63,446 nucleotides of DNA, filler included, from Octopus bimaculoides (GCF_001194135.2; 4 parts of 4 records of this genome joined end to end with filler, not necessarily neighbours in it); one strand, 5' to 3'. Positions 1 through 12,702 are shown, counted from the whole stretch's first letter. Numbers and translations are program-made. Notes: generated from the letters alone by a model not told the origin.

Positions 1-1157
1 ATATATATATATATATATATATATATAAACATATATACATATCTGTGTTTGTGTGTGTATGTCTATGTTAGCATATTATGATTGTATGCATGTATATATA
101 ACCATCCTATGAAAATGGGTATATTACCATCATCGTCTTATTCAAATGTTAACAATATACACATACATGTGTGCACGCGTATGTGCGTACACACACACAC
201 GGGCACATGCACACACATGTATATTTGTGTGTGTGTGTATGTGTGTATGTGTGTGTGTAGAAGATTTCCTCTTAGATTTTAAAGGTTAATACCGATTTAC
301 TATATGAAGCTCTAAATTGTCGAATGGCGTTATTCTAACAATGAAAGTGCAATACGTGACTCTTCATACAAAACACAGACTTTTTAATAATCTTTTCAGT
401 TTAAGTGTCAGTGCATGAATTATCGAAGATCTTGAAGACGAAAAATGTGTTGGGGAAATCTACTCAATCAGACGATATTCACTTGATACTGTTTGAATTA
501 CTGCTACCAAAAATATCATTAGAAAACCTTCACAGCTGAATGAAAATCTATTTCGATTATATGTCAGATCCGACACAATTTACATTTTTGTAGTCTTTCC
601 TGATCGAAATGTTTTACTATACATACTTACATACATAGGTACGTACACATATACCTACATACATACATACATACATACATACATACATACATAGATTTTG
701 ATCTTCCGTAAGCAAGCGAGGCACACATTTTGTTGCAACTCTTTTCATTCGCAATCCCTTTCATTGAAATTCCTACAACTACAACTTTTCCTTTACTTAT
801 AATTCACACACACTCACACACACGCACAAACACACACACATATAAATATATCAATACATACATATATACATACACACACGCATGCATACATACATACACA
901 CTTGCATACATACATACATTGATGTTGCCCGGTTCTATCTCGAAACAATGTTGAAAATGTGTATGCTTTGCGTCAACCTGAAGAAGATGATGATATTATA
1001 ACGAAGTGAAGCCTCATTTGGACACAACGCCATTACATAACGTAACATCTCGAAGGCTACGCTTTGGCGATCCAGGTGAAAGACATAGCACCGAGAATTC
1101 TAATTAAGAAACATACATACATATATGTATATATGTATGTACTTATACATACATATA

Positions 1158-1462
1158 TTCTTTGTAAGCCTAGTTCTTACCCTATCGGTCTCTTTTGCCA
1201 AACCGCTAGGTGACGGGGACGTAAACACACCGACATCGGAATTCAAGCGATGGTGGCCGAAAACACAGATACACAAACATACACATACACACACGCACGC
1301 ACACATCTATACGACGGGCTTCTTTCAGTTTTCGTTTTCCAAATCCACTCAAAGCCTTTGGTCGGCACAAGGTTATGATAGAAGACACTTGCCCAAAGTG
1401 CCACGCAGTGGGACTTGAACCCGGAACCATTTGGTTGGTAAGCATGCTACTTACCGAACAGC
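1158..1462 (-). mobile_element. tRNA-derived SINE family A (bipartite, internal microsatellite)
   Basis: Pol III-like head, MIR/CORE-like CTTGGGCAAGTG motif, (TG)n spacer, second half; more than ten copies in the window. Confidence 0.88.
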
Positions 1463-1930
1463 TAAGGAAACAGGTATAGGAACAACAAGTAAGTGTATTA
1501 GTTTGACGCTCGAAAAAAGGAAAAGTCTTTTACGTTTCGAGCCTACGCTCTTCGAGAGAAAGGAATAAGAGAAAATAAATAAAGGGAGAATGAAAAAAAA
1601 AAGGTGTAGAGTTTATTGGTCCAACATACATACATACATACATACATACATACATACATACGTACATGCATACATGCATATATATATATATANNNNNNNN
1701 NNNNNNNNNNNNNNNNATATATGTATATCATTATAAGATTAATATAAACAGCAGGTTGCAATATTTCAGCTAAAGGGAGAATCGTAATTGTCAATAAATG
1801 TGACTAGGGTGTTAAGAAACACTTACACGCCTAGAAATAAAAGCTAAAATGCTCCAATGCTGTAGTTAACACACATGAACGAAAACGTATACACTACCAT
1901 ACCATGGACCTGGATCATCCGAAAAGTGCT

Positions 1931-2001
1931 GATCGAGAATTCTTAATACTGACGCCAGTTTCAGCAATTTCCTTCGCGTCTTCAGCTAAGCCCGCTCGAT
2001 C
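1931..2001 (-). ncRNA. Type I hammerhead ribozyme motif, second copy with degraded stem II
   Basis: Reverse complement reads gatcgag-cggg-cttag-CTGAAGA-cgcgaaggaaattgct-GAAA-CTG-gcgt-CAG-TA-ttaag-aatt-ctcgatc. Confidence 0.6.
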
Positions 2002-2187
2002 ACGTCTTTTTTCAGACTAGCTTCTCTATTGGGATATGTTTTCATCATCCAAATTAAAGGATGATTTAGCTATTCGCTACTGTGTATACATAAGATTTAT
2101 ATTGACAGCAGGCTACAATATTTCACCAAAAAGAAGAATTATAACTGTCACTAAATGTGACTAGAATGTTAAGAATCACCTACATTA

Positions 2188-2258
2188 AATCGAGGGAGAT
2201 TAACTGATGAGGCAATGGAAATTGCCGAAACTGACGTCAATATTGAAAGTTCTCGATT
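2188..2258 (+). ncRNA. Type I hammerhead ribozyme motif, near-intact
   Basis: CTGATGA (2204-2210); stem II GGCAAT-ggaa-ATTGCC; GAAA; stem III CTG-acgt-CAA (one mismatch); TA cleavage site; stem I ttaa/ttga plus distal aatcgag/ctcgatt. Confidence 0.7.
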
Positions 2259-2380
2259 GATACCTTTCGGACGATTCAGGTCCCTGTTAATGTATATGAT
2301 TTCATTCATATGTATTTACTGCAGCATTAGAGCATTTTAGCTCTTATTTCTAGCACTGTAAGTATTTCGTAACACCCTAG

Positions 2381-2494
<114 letters not shown>

Positions 2495-4478
2495 TACTAT
2501 AAGAAAGCAAAGATAAAAATATTGTGGATATTTTATTTGTATTAGAATATGAATATAGCAAATAATTTGATACAAATAAAATTTAAATGAACACACATTA
2601 ACATAAAATAAAATAAGCATAAGAAGTGCTTACACATGTTTCAATCTCATCACTATGTAAACATTGCTTGGGAATATTCGAACATGTTAAGAGTTTTAGC
2701 TGTAAAAAATAACAACAGAGTGTCCAGATCTCTTTAGGGCTACCTCATTCAAAAATCTAATGCTTACATATTTTCCACTGGAATTAAAGTTGGTGGTAAC
2801 GAACTTTCTAGATAAGATCTGTTACTGAATATCTCTCTGAGAGATTTTGAAATAATAATGTTTATATTTATTAGATCAGTAATGTGAGTAAATTTGAGAA
2901 TTATATATTCAACAGGGGGAATTCAGCAGCGCCGTCTAGCTGAGCTGCTACTCAGTATTGATAATGTGCAATAATCCAGAAATCGGTCTACAGATGTTGT
3001 GTCGTATAGCCAGCTAGGGACGCTAGGGACGACGTTTCCTGGGGCTAAACAACGGAACTGCCACATTATGTTGGCAAATAGTCTTTACTTTAAAGTACCG
3101 TTACTGGATATCTCTCTTTGAGAAATTTAGAAATAATGTTTATACACACACGTACATACACACACAGATACATATATATGGTCCCAAAATAAAGAAAGCA
3201 CAATGACGATTAGTTAGGATATTTTTAACTTAACTATTCAAATTAATTAGATTTATACTTCCGTGGGTTGACTACGTACGAACTAAGGACATTTCTGTTG
3301 GTGCAGCAATGTTATATCCACCCAACTATTTCTGGTTTACATAGACATTCAGAAAAGATGTGTCGCAATGCGCGTGGGTGTATACAAATGTATGCATTAA
3401 TAGAAATGTATGCTAGTGTTTGGGTGTACGTGCATGCGTATATGTGCATGTATGCGTGCACGTGGGTGAGTGCGTGTGTGTGTGTGAGTGTGCGTATGTG
3501 TGCGTGTGTGCGTTTGTTCTTATAAATGATTGCGAAAAAAAAATATTTCTTAAAGATAATCCCCCGAGCAGTTTATTTTGCATTGTCGCAAGCTAAAGGG
3601 AAATTAAATTGAACATTTTTTGTGTGTGTAAGCAAATAAGAATAAATTAAAACAATTAAGATTTTCATTATAATAGCAACGAGACATTAATGTTATTTAC
3701 AGTTGATCTAAGGAAGACAGGCTGTAATTGATGAAACGGTAGATCAGCGGCTGAAGTATTGGCAAAGTTTAACCGTCACCACCATGTTGTTAATGTTGTT
3801 ATTATTACTGTGGAAATTGTTTTCTTTTCTTTATAACCCGAGGCAAATCATGATCAATATATCTTCCGTTTCTCGTTTTTTGTTGAGAAACGGTTTATTT
3901 AAAGGTGTATAATGGCCAAATGGTTAAGAAGTTTACTCTGAAGTTACAAGATCACTGGCTTAGCCCCATGGCGTAGTATCGTAGTTAAATGTTATATTCT
4001 ATATCCTTGGGTCGATCCAAGGAGTTAAGTTGAGTCGAGTGAAACTGTAAAGAAGAGCATCAGGTTATTTGTTCGCGTTATTCAAAAGCAGAGACTTGTA
4101 AGTCACTTGAAAATTACGGGTACACATCCCTGTGGTGCGTACATCCATTTACACGTCATTTCATAAACAATTGAATCCTCATCGAATGATGAATATCGCT
4201 ACATGCCCGTCTATTATTTTTTTCAGTGTCTCATTAACAACCCAGTGTGTGATTTTGATTGATGGTCGTCACTCGTAGTCCACGAAAGACGGTTCTGCAA
4301 TTTCTTTCTGAACAATCTGCTCAAACGATTTGTTTATAGTGATGAAATGTTTGAGTTTATTTTAGCTCACTCCCTCAGCCACATCGAAGTTGCTTGAACA
4401 GGTGCACGGTGCATTGCATGTCATGTGTTGAAGTGATCATATGAGATGAAGTATTTTGCTCAAGAACGCAACGCACCA

Positions 4479-4709
4479 AGGCGGCGAGCTGGCAGAAAGG
4501 TTAGCACGCCGAGCGAAATGCATAGCGGTATTTCGTCTGCCGTTACGTTCTGAGTTCAAATTCCACCGAGGTCGACTTCGCCTTTCATCCTTTCGGGGTC
4601 AATTAAATAAGTACCAGTTACACACTGGGGTCGATATAATCGACTTAATCCATTTGTCTGTCCTTGTTTGTCCCCTCTATGTGTAGCCCTTTGTGGGCAG
4701 TAAAGAAAT
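4479..4709 (+). mobile_element. tRNA-derived SINE family B (Deu/Nin-domain-like)
   Basis: GGCGGCGAGCTGGCAGAA head, GAGTTCAAATTCC B box, CCTTTCATCCTTTCGGGGTC..AAGTACC central motif, aaagaaat tail. Confidence 0.88.
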
Positions 4710-5967
4710 CCGGTCCATGATTTGGAATCACGATCTCGCGATCGGGAGTGCAACACCCTAAGCACTAGGCCATGTACCCTCACAAACTAAGCATCCACTC
4801 TAGCACTTCGGATTGCGTTCCGTAGTCTTCTGAACACTTCAGAAAATAGCAGTATCAATCTACCAAATTACTATTACGCGTATGTATTTAAGGCGGTGAG
4901 TTAGTAGAATCGTTAGTACGCTGGGCAACATTTTTAGCGGTATCATGTACGTATTTATGTTCTGGGGTCAAATTCCGACGAAGTCGACTTTGCCTTTTGT
5001 CCGAAAAAATAAGAGCTAAACGCCTACACCAAAATTTCAGGCCTTTTGTCTGTAGTAGAAAACCATTTATTTCCTAAATCATCAAGACGGTCAGCTGGCA
5101 GAATGTTTAGTAGGCCGGCAAAATGCAGGGTGGCATTTCGTCCGTCGTTATGTTCTCAGCACAAATTCTGCCGAGTGCAAATTTGCCTTTCATCATCTCC
5201 GGGTCGATTGAAATATGTACCATTTGAGGACTGGAATCCATGTAGTGGACTAGTATCCTGCCCAAGAAAAAAAAAACAAAAAAACCGAACAAGTCTTATG
5301 CTAGCACGTTGGATAAAATGGCACTTTGTCAATTTTTTAACAATTATTTTTACAAAATCAGTGAAATCCCTTGTGATATGACAAAGGGAGATTCCTGTTT
5401 GTAAGGGTAGTTTTAAAAAAAAATCATAGTAAAAAATGTCAGTATAATTCTCAGAATACAGTAACGCTTGTGCTGTGATACACGCCTACCAAATACTTTA
5501 TAAGCAATTAGCAAAGAATTTAGTTGACGTTTCTGTAAGAATTATTACTGCGAAAGCGCCTTAGGATGAAAGTTAAACATCGAACTTTTGTTTATGTTTT
5601 TCCGGTTGATCAATTTCGATTAATTTATTCCTAATACCTGTCTATTACGATCTTAGCTTAATACCAAGGATAATAGCTGTATCCACTTTAGAAGCGTGAC
5701 ATGATACGATGCATAAATATGAAAGTTTTGGTGTTTGTAGAGAAGAGCAATAAAAGTCTGGAAAGTTTTTGTTTTTCTTAGTTTATACCATTTTGAAAGG
5801 AGATATTTAGATAATAAGTATATTAAGAAAAAATATAAAACACCCACACGCATATTGTCATACAAATTTAGAGATACAGTCAAATAGCCACGCAATAAAT
5901 AAATATATACACACGTACATGTATGTACACACACGCACGCACGCACGCACGCACACACGCACTCACG

Positions 5968-6006
<39 letters not shown>

Positions 6007-6023
6007 ACATTCAACCGTCTGCG

Positions 6024-6100
6024 CCTCAAGATTTGGTTTCCCCTGAAGATTTGGTTTCCCCTGAAGATTTGGTTTCCCCTGAAGATTTGGTTTCCCATGA
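6024..6100. repeat. 18-bp minisatellite x4 (cctgaagatttggtttcc)
   Basis: Directly visible; explains the PEDLVS / LKIWFP ORF repeats. Confidence 0.95.
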
Positions 6101-6406
6101 GGGCGAATTAAACAGTTTTAAGGAAAAAGGATTTGGAATATATGAAATATTCAACTTTCTAATTAACTAATATGTTTATTAAATTTTTCATAAGCGAAAG
6201 ATGATTAAAGTTTGAATTAGACGAAATAAACCTTTATCGAGACACGACATAAATGATGGTAACACACACAAAATATACTTACATACACGCACACACACTC
6301 TACATTACACACAAGCATACAAACATATATATGTGTACGCCTCTGTGTGTGTGTGTGCGTGTATCTGTAAGTGTGTGTGACTCTATATAACCACTACGCC
6401 ATATGC

Positions 6407-6488
6407 TCACAGGCATATGGCGTAGTGGTTAAGAGCGCGGCTACTAACCCCGAGATTCCGAGTTCGATTTCAGGCAGTGACATGAATG

Positions 6489-6521
<33 letters not shown>

Positions 6522-7255
6522 GCCCGGATGCAGTAACAGGCAGTGACTCTCATGGCTTCTGATCTTAATTGATTGGAAATGTTATCATGTAAGTTGTTTT
6601 GTCTTGGTATAAAAGATGGGCTTCAGCAAATATTCTGCTCAACACCACAGATTTGTTTGTCAGTTGTTTGACCTTAACCAGTTGAGCATGTCCCTTGGTG
6701 GCTGACGATATGTGTATCTCTGATCATGAGCAGCAGTAGTGGGTAGCATCATAGCTATGTGTTGAGAGGAATTCATTGGGGTTTGAATAATTCACCTTTG
6801 GAAACATGGGTGTTTTGCGCAATATCCTTAAACAAATCTTATTCAGGGTCCTTTTGAGCGAGATGGGCTACTCGACCTGAAGAAAATTCTAACTGGGCCC
6901 CACCTGCGAGGTCTTGCGTTGTTTATCATGATATGAGATCACCGTGTCACGCACATATGGTTGTGATGCATGTGCCCGGTGTACCTTTCTCAGACGGGTA
7001 GTCATGATGGGTATATTGGGCTTCGTATATTTTACCCCAGTGTCACTTTGATGGCATGCACCGCTCTCTCACTCAATAATAATAATAATAATAATAATAA
7101 CATCGAAAAATATCTTAGGAATGAGAACCCAGGTTCAAAATTTCCCCAAGACACTTGATGAAAGCTGGAAGGTATACAGCCGATACTTTGTGTTAGCAAC
7201 AAACAAGAGGAGGACAAATATCCGTCAAATGTAAATAATGTACTATTTCTTCATA
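6407..7255 (+). mobile_element. tRNA-derived SINE with internal (AAT)n and HHR-like 3' region, interrupted by a 555-bp insertion
   Basis: A box TGGCGTAGTGG and B box GTTCGATTTC (6418-6471), (AAT)n, then a body at 7101-7255 containing gacac-TTGATGA-aa-GCTG...CAGC-c-GATA-c-ttt-gtgtt. Confidence 0.6.
6520..7074. mobile_element. ~555-bp non-coding interspersed element flanked on both sides by (AAT)n, copy 1
   Basis: Aligns end to end with 60488-61032; no ORF, no TIR. Confidence 0.85.
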
Positions 7256-7997
7256 TCTANNNNNNNNNNNNNNNNNNNNNNNNNNNNNNNNNNNNNNNNN
7301 NNNNNNNNNNNNNNNNNNNNNNNNNNNNNNNNNNNNNNNNNNNNNNNNNNNNNNNNNNNNNNNNNNNNNNNNNNNNNNNNNNNNNNNNNNNNNNNNNNNN
7401 NNNNNNNNNNNNNNNNNNNNNNNNNNNNNNNNNNNNNNNNNNNNNNNNNNNNNNNNNNNNNNNNNNNNNNNNNNNNNNNNNNNNNNNNNNNNNNNNNNNN
7501 NNNNNNNNNNNNNNNNNNNNNNNNNNNNNNNNNNNNNNNNNNNNNNNNNNNNNNNNNNNNNNNNNNNNNNNNNNNNNNNNNNNNNNNNNNNNNNNNNNNN
7601 NNNNNNNNNNNNNNNNNNNNNNNNNNNNNNNNNNNNNNNNNNNNNNNNNNNNNNNNNNNNNNNNNNNNNNNNNNNNNNNNNNNNNNNNNNNNNNNNNNNN
7701 NNNNNNNNNNNNNNNNNNNNNNNNNNNNNNNNNNNNNNNNNNNNNNNNNNNNNNNNNNNNNNNNNNNNNNNNNNNNNNNNNNNNNNNNNNNNNNNNNNNN
7801 NNNNNNNNNNNNNNNNNNNNNNNNNNNNNNNNNNNNNNNNNNNNNNNNNNNNNNNNNNNNNNNNNNNNNNNNNNNNNNNNNNNNNNNNNNNNNNNNNNNN
7901 NNNNNNNNNNNNNNNNNNNNNNNNNNNNNNNNNNNNNNNNNNNNNNNNNNNNNNNNNNNNNNNNNNNNNNNNNNNNNNNNNNNNNNNNNNNNNNNNN

Positions 7998-8290
7998 GTG
8001 TTTATTGAGCGAAAACACCTAAAGCTCCACGAGGCTCCGGCAGGGGATGGTGGCGAACCCTGCTGTACTCTCTCACCACAACTTTCTCTCTCTCTTACTT
8101 CCTGTTTCTGTTGTGCCTGTAATTCAAAGGGTCAGCCTTGTCACGCTGAATATCCCCGAAAACTACGTTAAGGGTACACGTGACTGTGGAGTGCTCAGCT
8201 ACTTGCACGTTAATTTCACGAGCAGGCTGTTCCGTTGATCGGATCAACTGGAACCCTCGACGTCGTAAGCGACGGAGTGCCAACAACAAC
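7998..8290 (+). mobile_element. SINE family G, head lost in gap
   Basis: Reverse complement of 57650-58060; ends gtgccaacaacaac. Confidence 0.85.
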
Positions 8291-8428
8291 ATGTTAATGT
8301 AATAAATATTTTTCTTTCAAAAATTAATATTAAGGTCTAAGATTCATTTTTGTACACGCACTAAGAAATTTGAAAAATTAGGTTATAAGTATTGCATATA
8401 TACCGTATTTCCTCACGTTGCTCTTGGT

Positions 8429-8479
8429 GGAAAGGTATACTTTCCAAATTACCCGTCCTGTGACGGGTAATATTCTAGT
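8429..8479 (+). mobile_element. Helitron-like 3' terminus
   Basis: Perfect 10-bp hairpin attacccgtc-ctgt-gacgggtaat, 3 nt before CTAG|T; a second hairpin ggaaag/ctttcc lies upstream. Confidence 0.45.
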
Positions 8480-8756
8480 ACATACATAAACAATAACATA
8501 CATTTGATGCTCGCATTTATTAATCATTAAAGAATCGATTGTGATAACAATTAGAATGATTGACTGTGTCTAAGCACGTTCAATAAAGATAACACATTTA
8601 AATTAGGGAATTTAATTATGAGAGTTAATTATTCTTAGTGCTTTATTCGAAATCGCTTATTATTTCAGAATCCCAATATGTGAGATAGTGTGCACATGTG
8701 TTGTATGGAATGAACGTGAGCGTGCGTGTGAAAATGTGTATCTTTGTATGTGTGTG

Positions 8757-8788
<32 letters not shown>

Positions 8789-9252
8789 AGTGTGTGTGCG
8801 TGTGTGCGTGCGTGCGCGTGCGTGTGCGTGCGCGTGCGTGTGCGTGCGTATTTGTGAGAGAGAGAGAGAGAGAGAGAGNNNNNNNNNNNNNNNNNNNNNN
8901 NNNNNNNNNNNNNNNNNNNNNNNNNNNNNNNNNNNNNNNNNNNNNNNNNNNNNNNNNNNNNNNNNNNNNNNNNNNNNNNNNNNNNNNNNNNNNNNNNNNN
9001 NNNNNNNNNNNNNNNNNNNNNNNNNNNNNNNNNNNNNNNNNNNNNNNNNNNNNNNNNNNNNNNNNNNNNNNNNNNNNNNNNNNNNNNNNNNNNNNNNNNN
9101 NNNNNNNNNNNNNNNNNNNNNNNNNNNNNNNNNNNNNNNNNNNNNNNNNNNNNNNNNNNNNNNNNNNNNNNNNNNNNNNNNNNNNNNNNNNNNNNNNNNN
9201 NNNNNNNNNNNNNNNNNNNNNNNNNNNNNNNNNNNNNNNNNNNNNNNNNNNN

Positions 9253-9283
<31 letters not shown>

Positions 9284-10695
9284 GTATGGATGTATATATG
9301 TTTTACCTATTTCTCGTTTCAGTCATTAGACTGCAGCCATGCTGGGGTACCACGTGGAAGAATTTTAGTCGAATCAATTTAGGTACTTTATTTTAAGCGT
9401 TATACTTATTCTATCGGTCTGTTGTCAAACCGATAAGTTACGCGGGCGTATACACGCCAAAGGTGGTGGGGCCAAACGCAGAGACAAATTCACACACACA
9501 CAAACATACAAACACAGGCATCACACGCACAAACACACACACATACACACACACACGCACACACAACTATCTCCATCACTGACAATCGAGTATTACTTGC
9601 ATATTACATATCTTCGCTAATTGTCTCGGCCAGTAAATGATGATTTTGCCTTTTACATTAATTAATCTCTTTTGACTTTCTGTAGTAGGCATACAAAATC
9701 CTTTGGAAAATGTCTTTGTGAATTTCACTAACGTTCTACCAAGCATTATACCATACAAACGCTTCCACAGTTTCTGCAAATATTCCGTCCTTATCGGAAC
9801 ATCGAAACACTTCAATAGAGCTGCGTACCCATTAAGATAACTTACGTGAAATATAATCGAAATCAAGGACAGATAATTCAGAGTCATCTCATAGATATCG
9901 AAATATAGGGAACAGAAATATAGAGGAAACAACTAAAGCCATAAATCTCTTTTGTTCATGAGTGATAACACGAAATTATTGTTCGAACTTATCATATTGG
10001 GCCGATATACTTAATTTAATGATGCTTAAAGGCAAAAAAAAACAACAACAACAAAAAACAGACCTCAGTTTTATCTTTTAATAGTAAATAAAACATAAAA
10101 GGAAAAGTAATTAGAGATTTGGGAGCGATGTTAGAAACCTTAAATGAGCTATTGAAGTGCCAAAATAGCAGTCAAACTTCCATCAAATCACATGCGTTTC
10201 ACTTATAAAATGAAATACTCATTGTATGACGTAGACCTTATACATTATGGATGAAAGCAGAATTTAGGAGATCACGACTGGAACATTTCGAGCATAAGCT
10301 CTGTTTAATTAATGCCGACATGGAACTATGCAAGAACATTGATGACAAAACCGCACTAACAATTTTGTGTGAATACGCGCGCGCGCGCACACAGAAACAT
10401 ACAGCATAAACGCACACATACATGCCTATACACATAAATGCAAACTCCAAAACGTTTTCCCCAAAATTACCAGTTTTAGAAAGTCTGTATCATTTGGCAC
10501 GGTCTAATAGAATGGAAATGCAGAAGTGGGTATGGAGTTGAGAAAATTGCTTACCTATCATATGATCTTGCATACAATTCTACTACGCGAGACTTTGGGC
10601 AAGTGGCTTCTATTATGGCTCCTGTGAGTGGATTTGTTAAACGGATAGTGGAAGGAGCTCGGTGTTTTGTATGTATGTATGTACGTATGTATGTG

Positions 10696-10764
<69 letters not shown>

Positions 10765-11125
10765 TGGATCATAAAACGAATGGTTTACACCTAGTAGCTT
10801 ACTGGTAAAGTGCGCTCACTTTCACAGTGATCGTTATGTATATGGTAAATGGAAGACGGAAGGGAAGATGGAATATACGATAATTTATAAGTCACGAAAT
10901 TTGTTTCGACACATCTAGTATCGATCCCTCACGGGTGGAACACTCAACAACTAGTTCTGGAGCATCCAGCGGTGCACATATATCTCATCGAGTGATAAAT
11001 AGACACAACTCGTTAAAATAACAGTTCCGCAATGTAATTTCTCGTTTTGTTGAAAGAAAAGCATCCAGACGGAGGAAATGTCTTCATTTACATAGAAGAT
11101 CAAAAATAAAATCAGAGACATATCA

Positions 11126-11185
11126 TTATTAACGTACCTGATGAGACACAGACTGATGGGTCAAAACATATGTTGTTCTTAATAA
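11126..11185 (+). ncRNA. Degenerate minimal type I hammerhead motif (PLE terminal-repeat type)
   Basis: ttattaa-cgtac-CTGATGA-gac...gtc-AAAA-C-atat-G-TT-gttc-ttaataa. GAAA is mutated to AAAA (consistent with CpG decay), loop III is palindromic, and AATAAA overlaps the 3' end. Confidence 0.5.
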
Positions 11186-11351
11186 AGATTTAATACCAAA
11201 TCTATCTCCCGTTAATCAATATTATTGCCCTAACTGTCACTGCAGTTGCTGAAGTAGATCCAACAGAAGTATACCACAACTGCAGATGAGAAGAGGTAGC
11301 CTAAACTGTGCTGGTGCTCTACTGAACTCTTAAACACACTAATCGACTTAA

Positions 11352-11352
<1 letters not shown>

Positions 11353-11382
<30 letters not shown>

Positions 11383-11399
11383 CTTCTTCTTCTTCTTCT

Positions 11400-11445
<46 letters not shown>

Positions 11446-11454
11446 TTTCTTCTT

Positions 11455-11485
<31 letters not shown>

Positions 11486-11530
11486 TTATTATTATTATTA
11501 CTATTATTATTATTATTATTATTATTATCA
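11353..11530. repeat. (CTT)n joined to (ATT)n
   Basis: Directly visible. Confidence 0.97.
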
Positions 11531-11955
11531 TATATATATATATNNNNNNNNNNNNNNNNNNNNNNNNNNNNNNNNNNNNNNNNNNNNNNNNNNNNNNNNN
11601 NNNNNNNNNNNNNNNNNNNNNNNNNNNNNNNNNNNNNNNNNNNNNNNNNNNNNNNNNNNNNNNNNNNNNNNNNNNNNNNNNNNNNNNNNNNNNNNNNNNN
11701 NNNNNNNNNNNNNNNNNNNNNNNNNNNNNNNNNNNNNNNNNNNNNNNNNNNNNNNNNNNNNNNNNNNNNNNNNNNNNNNNNNNNNNNNNNNNNNNNNNNN
11801 NNNNNNNNNNNNNNNNNNNNNNNNNNNNNNNNNNNNNNNNNNNNNNNNNNNNNNNNNNNNNNNNNNNNNNNNNNNNNNNNNNNNNNNNNNNNNNNNNNNN
11901 NNNNNNNNNNNNNNNNNNNNNNNNNNNNNNNNNNNNNNNNNNNNNNNNNNNNNNN

Positions 11956-12702
11956 CAACATTTCGTTCACCGCATGCAGTTCTCAGGTTACAGTCACAAA
12001 GAAAGGATCAGAGTATGCAAAGGAGCTATGAAGAAATTTGAAACAATCAAACTTAACGATAGGAATGGGATTTGCCCACTCTATAGGAGCAAATCATGGA
12101 ACACCATTGAAAGAATTAAGAAGAAAATAGGGAAGGCCAACTCATGGTATGATAGCCACAAATACCAGAGTGTCACGTTCGTCGACACCACCCCTAGAGG
12201 CGAACTGGCGTACCGGTTTAGAAGGGCCCTAGACAAACTTAAGCTAAGAATTAAGGTTGTTGAAAGACCAAGCAACCCTATCAAATCCCTTATCAGTAGA
12301 ACATACCATTTTAGCAGAACCCCCTGCACTGATAGGAACTGTACTGTATGTTGATTTAGCCCATAAACAAACTGTAAAACCAGAAATGTGGTCTATAGTA
12401 TAAGATGTACAGAGGGACGATGCAGTAACAAGACACCGACGTATGTAGATGAAACAGCACGGAGCATAGGGGAGCGGGCAAATGACAATTGGAGGGAACT
12501 TAAGGAAGGGAAGAGCTCATCAGTTCTGTACCAGCAGGCTGAGCAAGAACATGGAGGCTCACTCAACAACATAGAAATTAAAATCTTATCCACACATAGC
12601 AGAGACGCAACACTTAGACAAATTACAGAAGCTACACACATAATAGAAGATAAAAGTAACTTGAATAGGAAACTGGAATGGAACACTAACACACACCCCT
12701 AA
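11956..12702 (+). pseudogene. Penelope-like element C-terminus: RT thumb/linker, Cys-rich motif and GIY-YIG endonuclease (Neptune/Nematis-like)
   Basis: One frame with two internal stops: ...PCTDRNCTVC*FSP*TNCKTRNVVYSIRCTEGRC...YVDETARSIGER...SVLYQQ..QEHGG...LRQITEATHI...LNRKLEW. Confidence 0.85.

Noticed and set aside
6413-6485. Possible real tRNA gene (loop ctACTaa)
   Set aside because: The acceptor stem does not pair, the anticodon stem has a mismatch, and it runs into (AAT)n and a SINE body.
12352-12354. In-frame TGA after CTVC as a possible selenocysteine
   Set aside because: A TAA follows four codons later in the same frame and the TGA is not at a conserved Cys position; ordinary decay (e.g. 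from CGA) is more likely.
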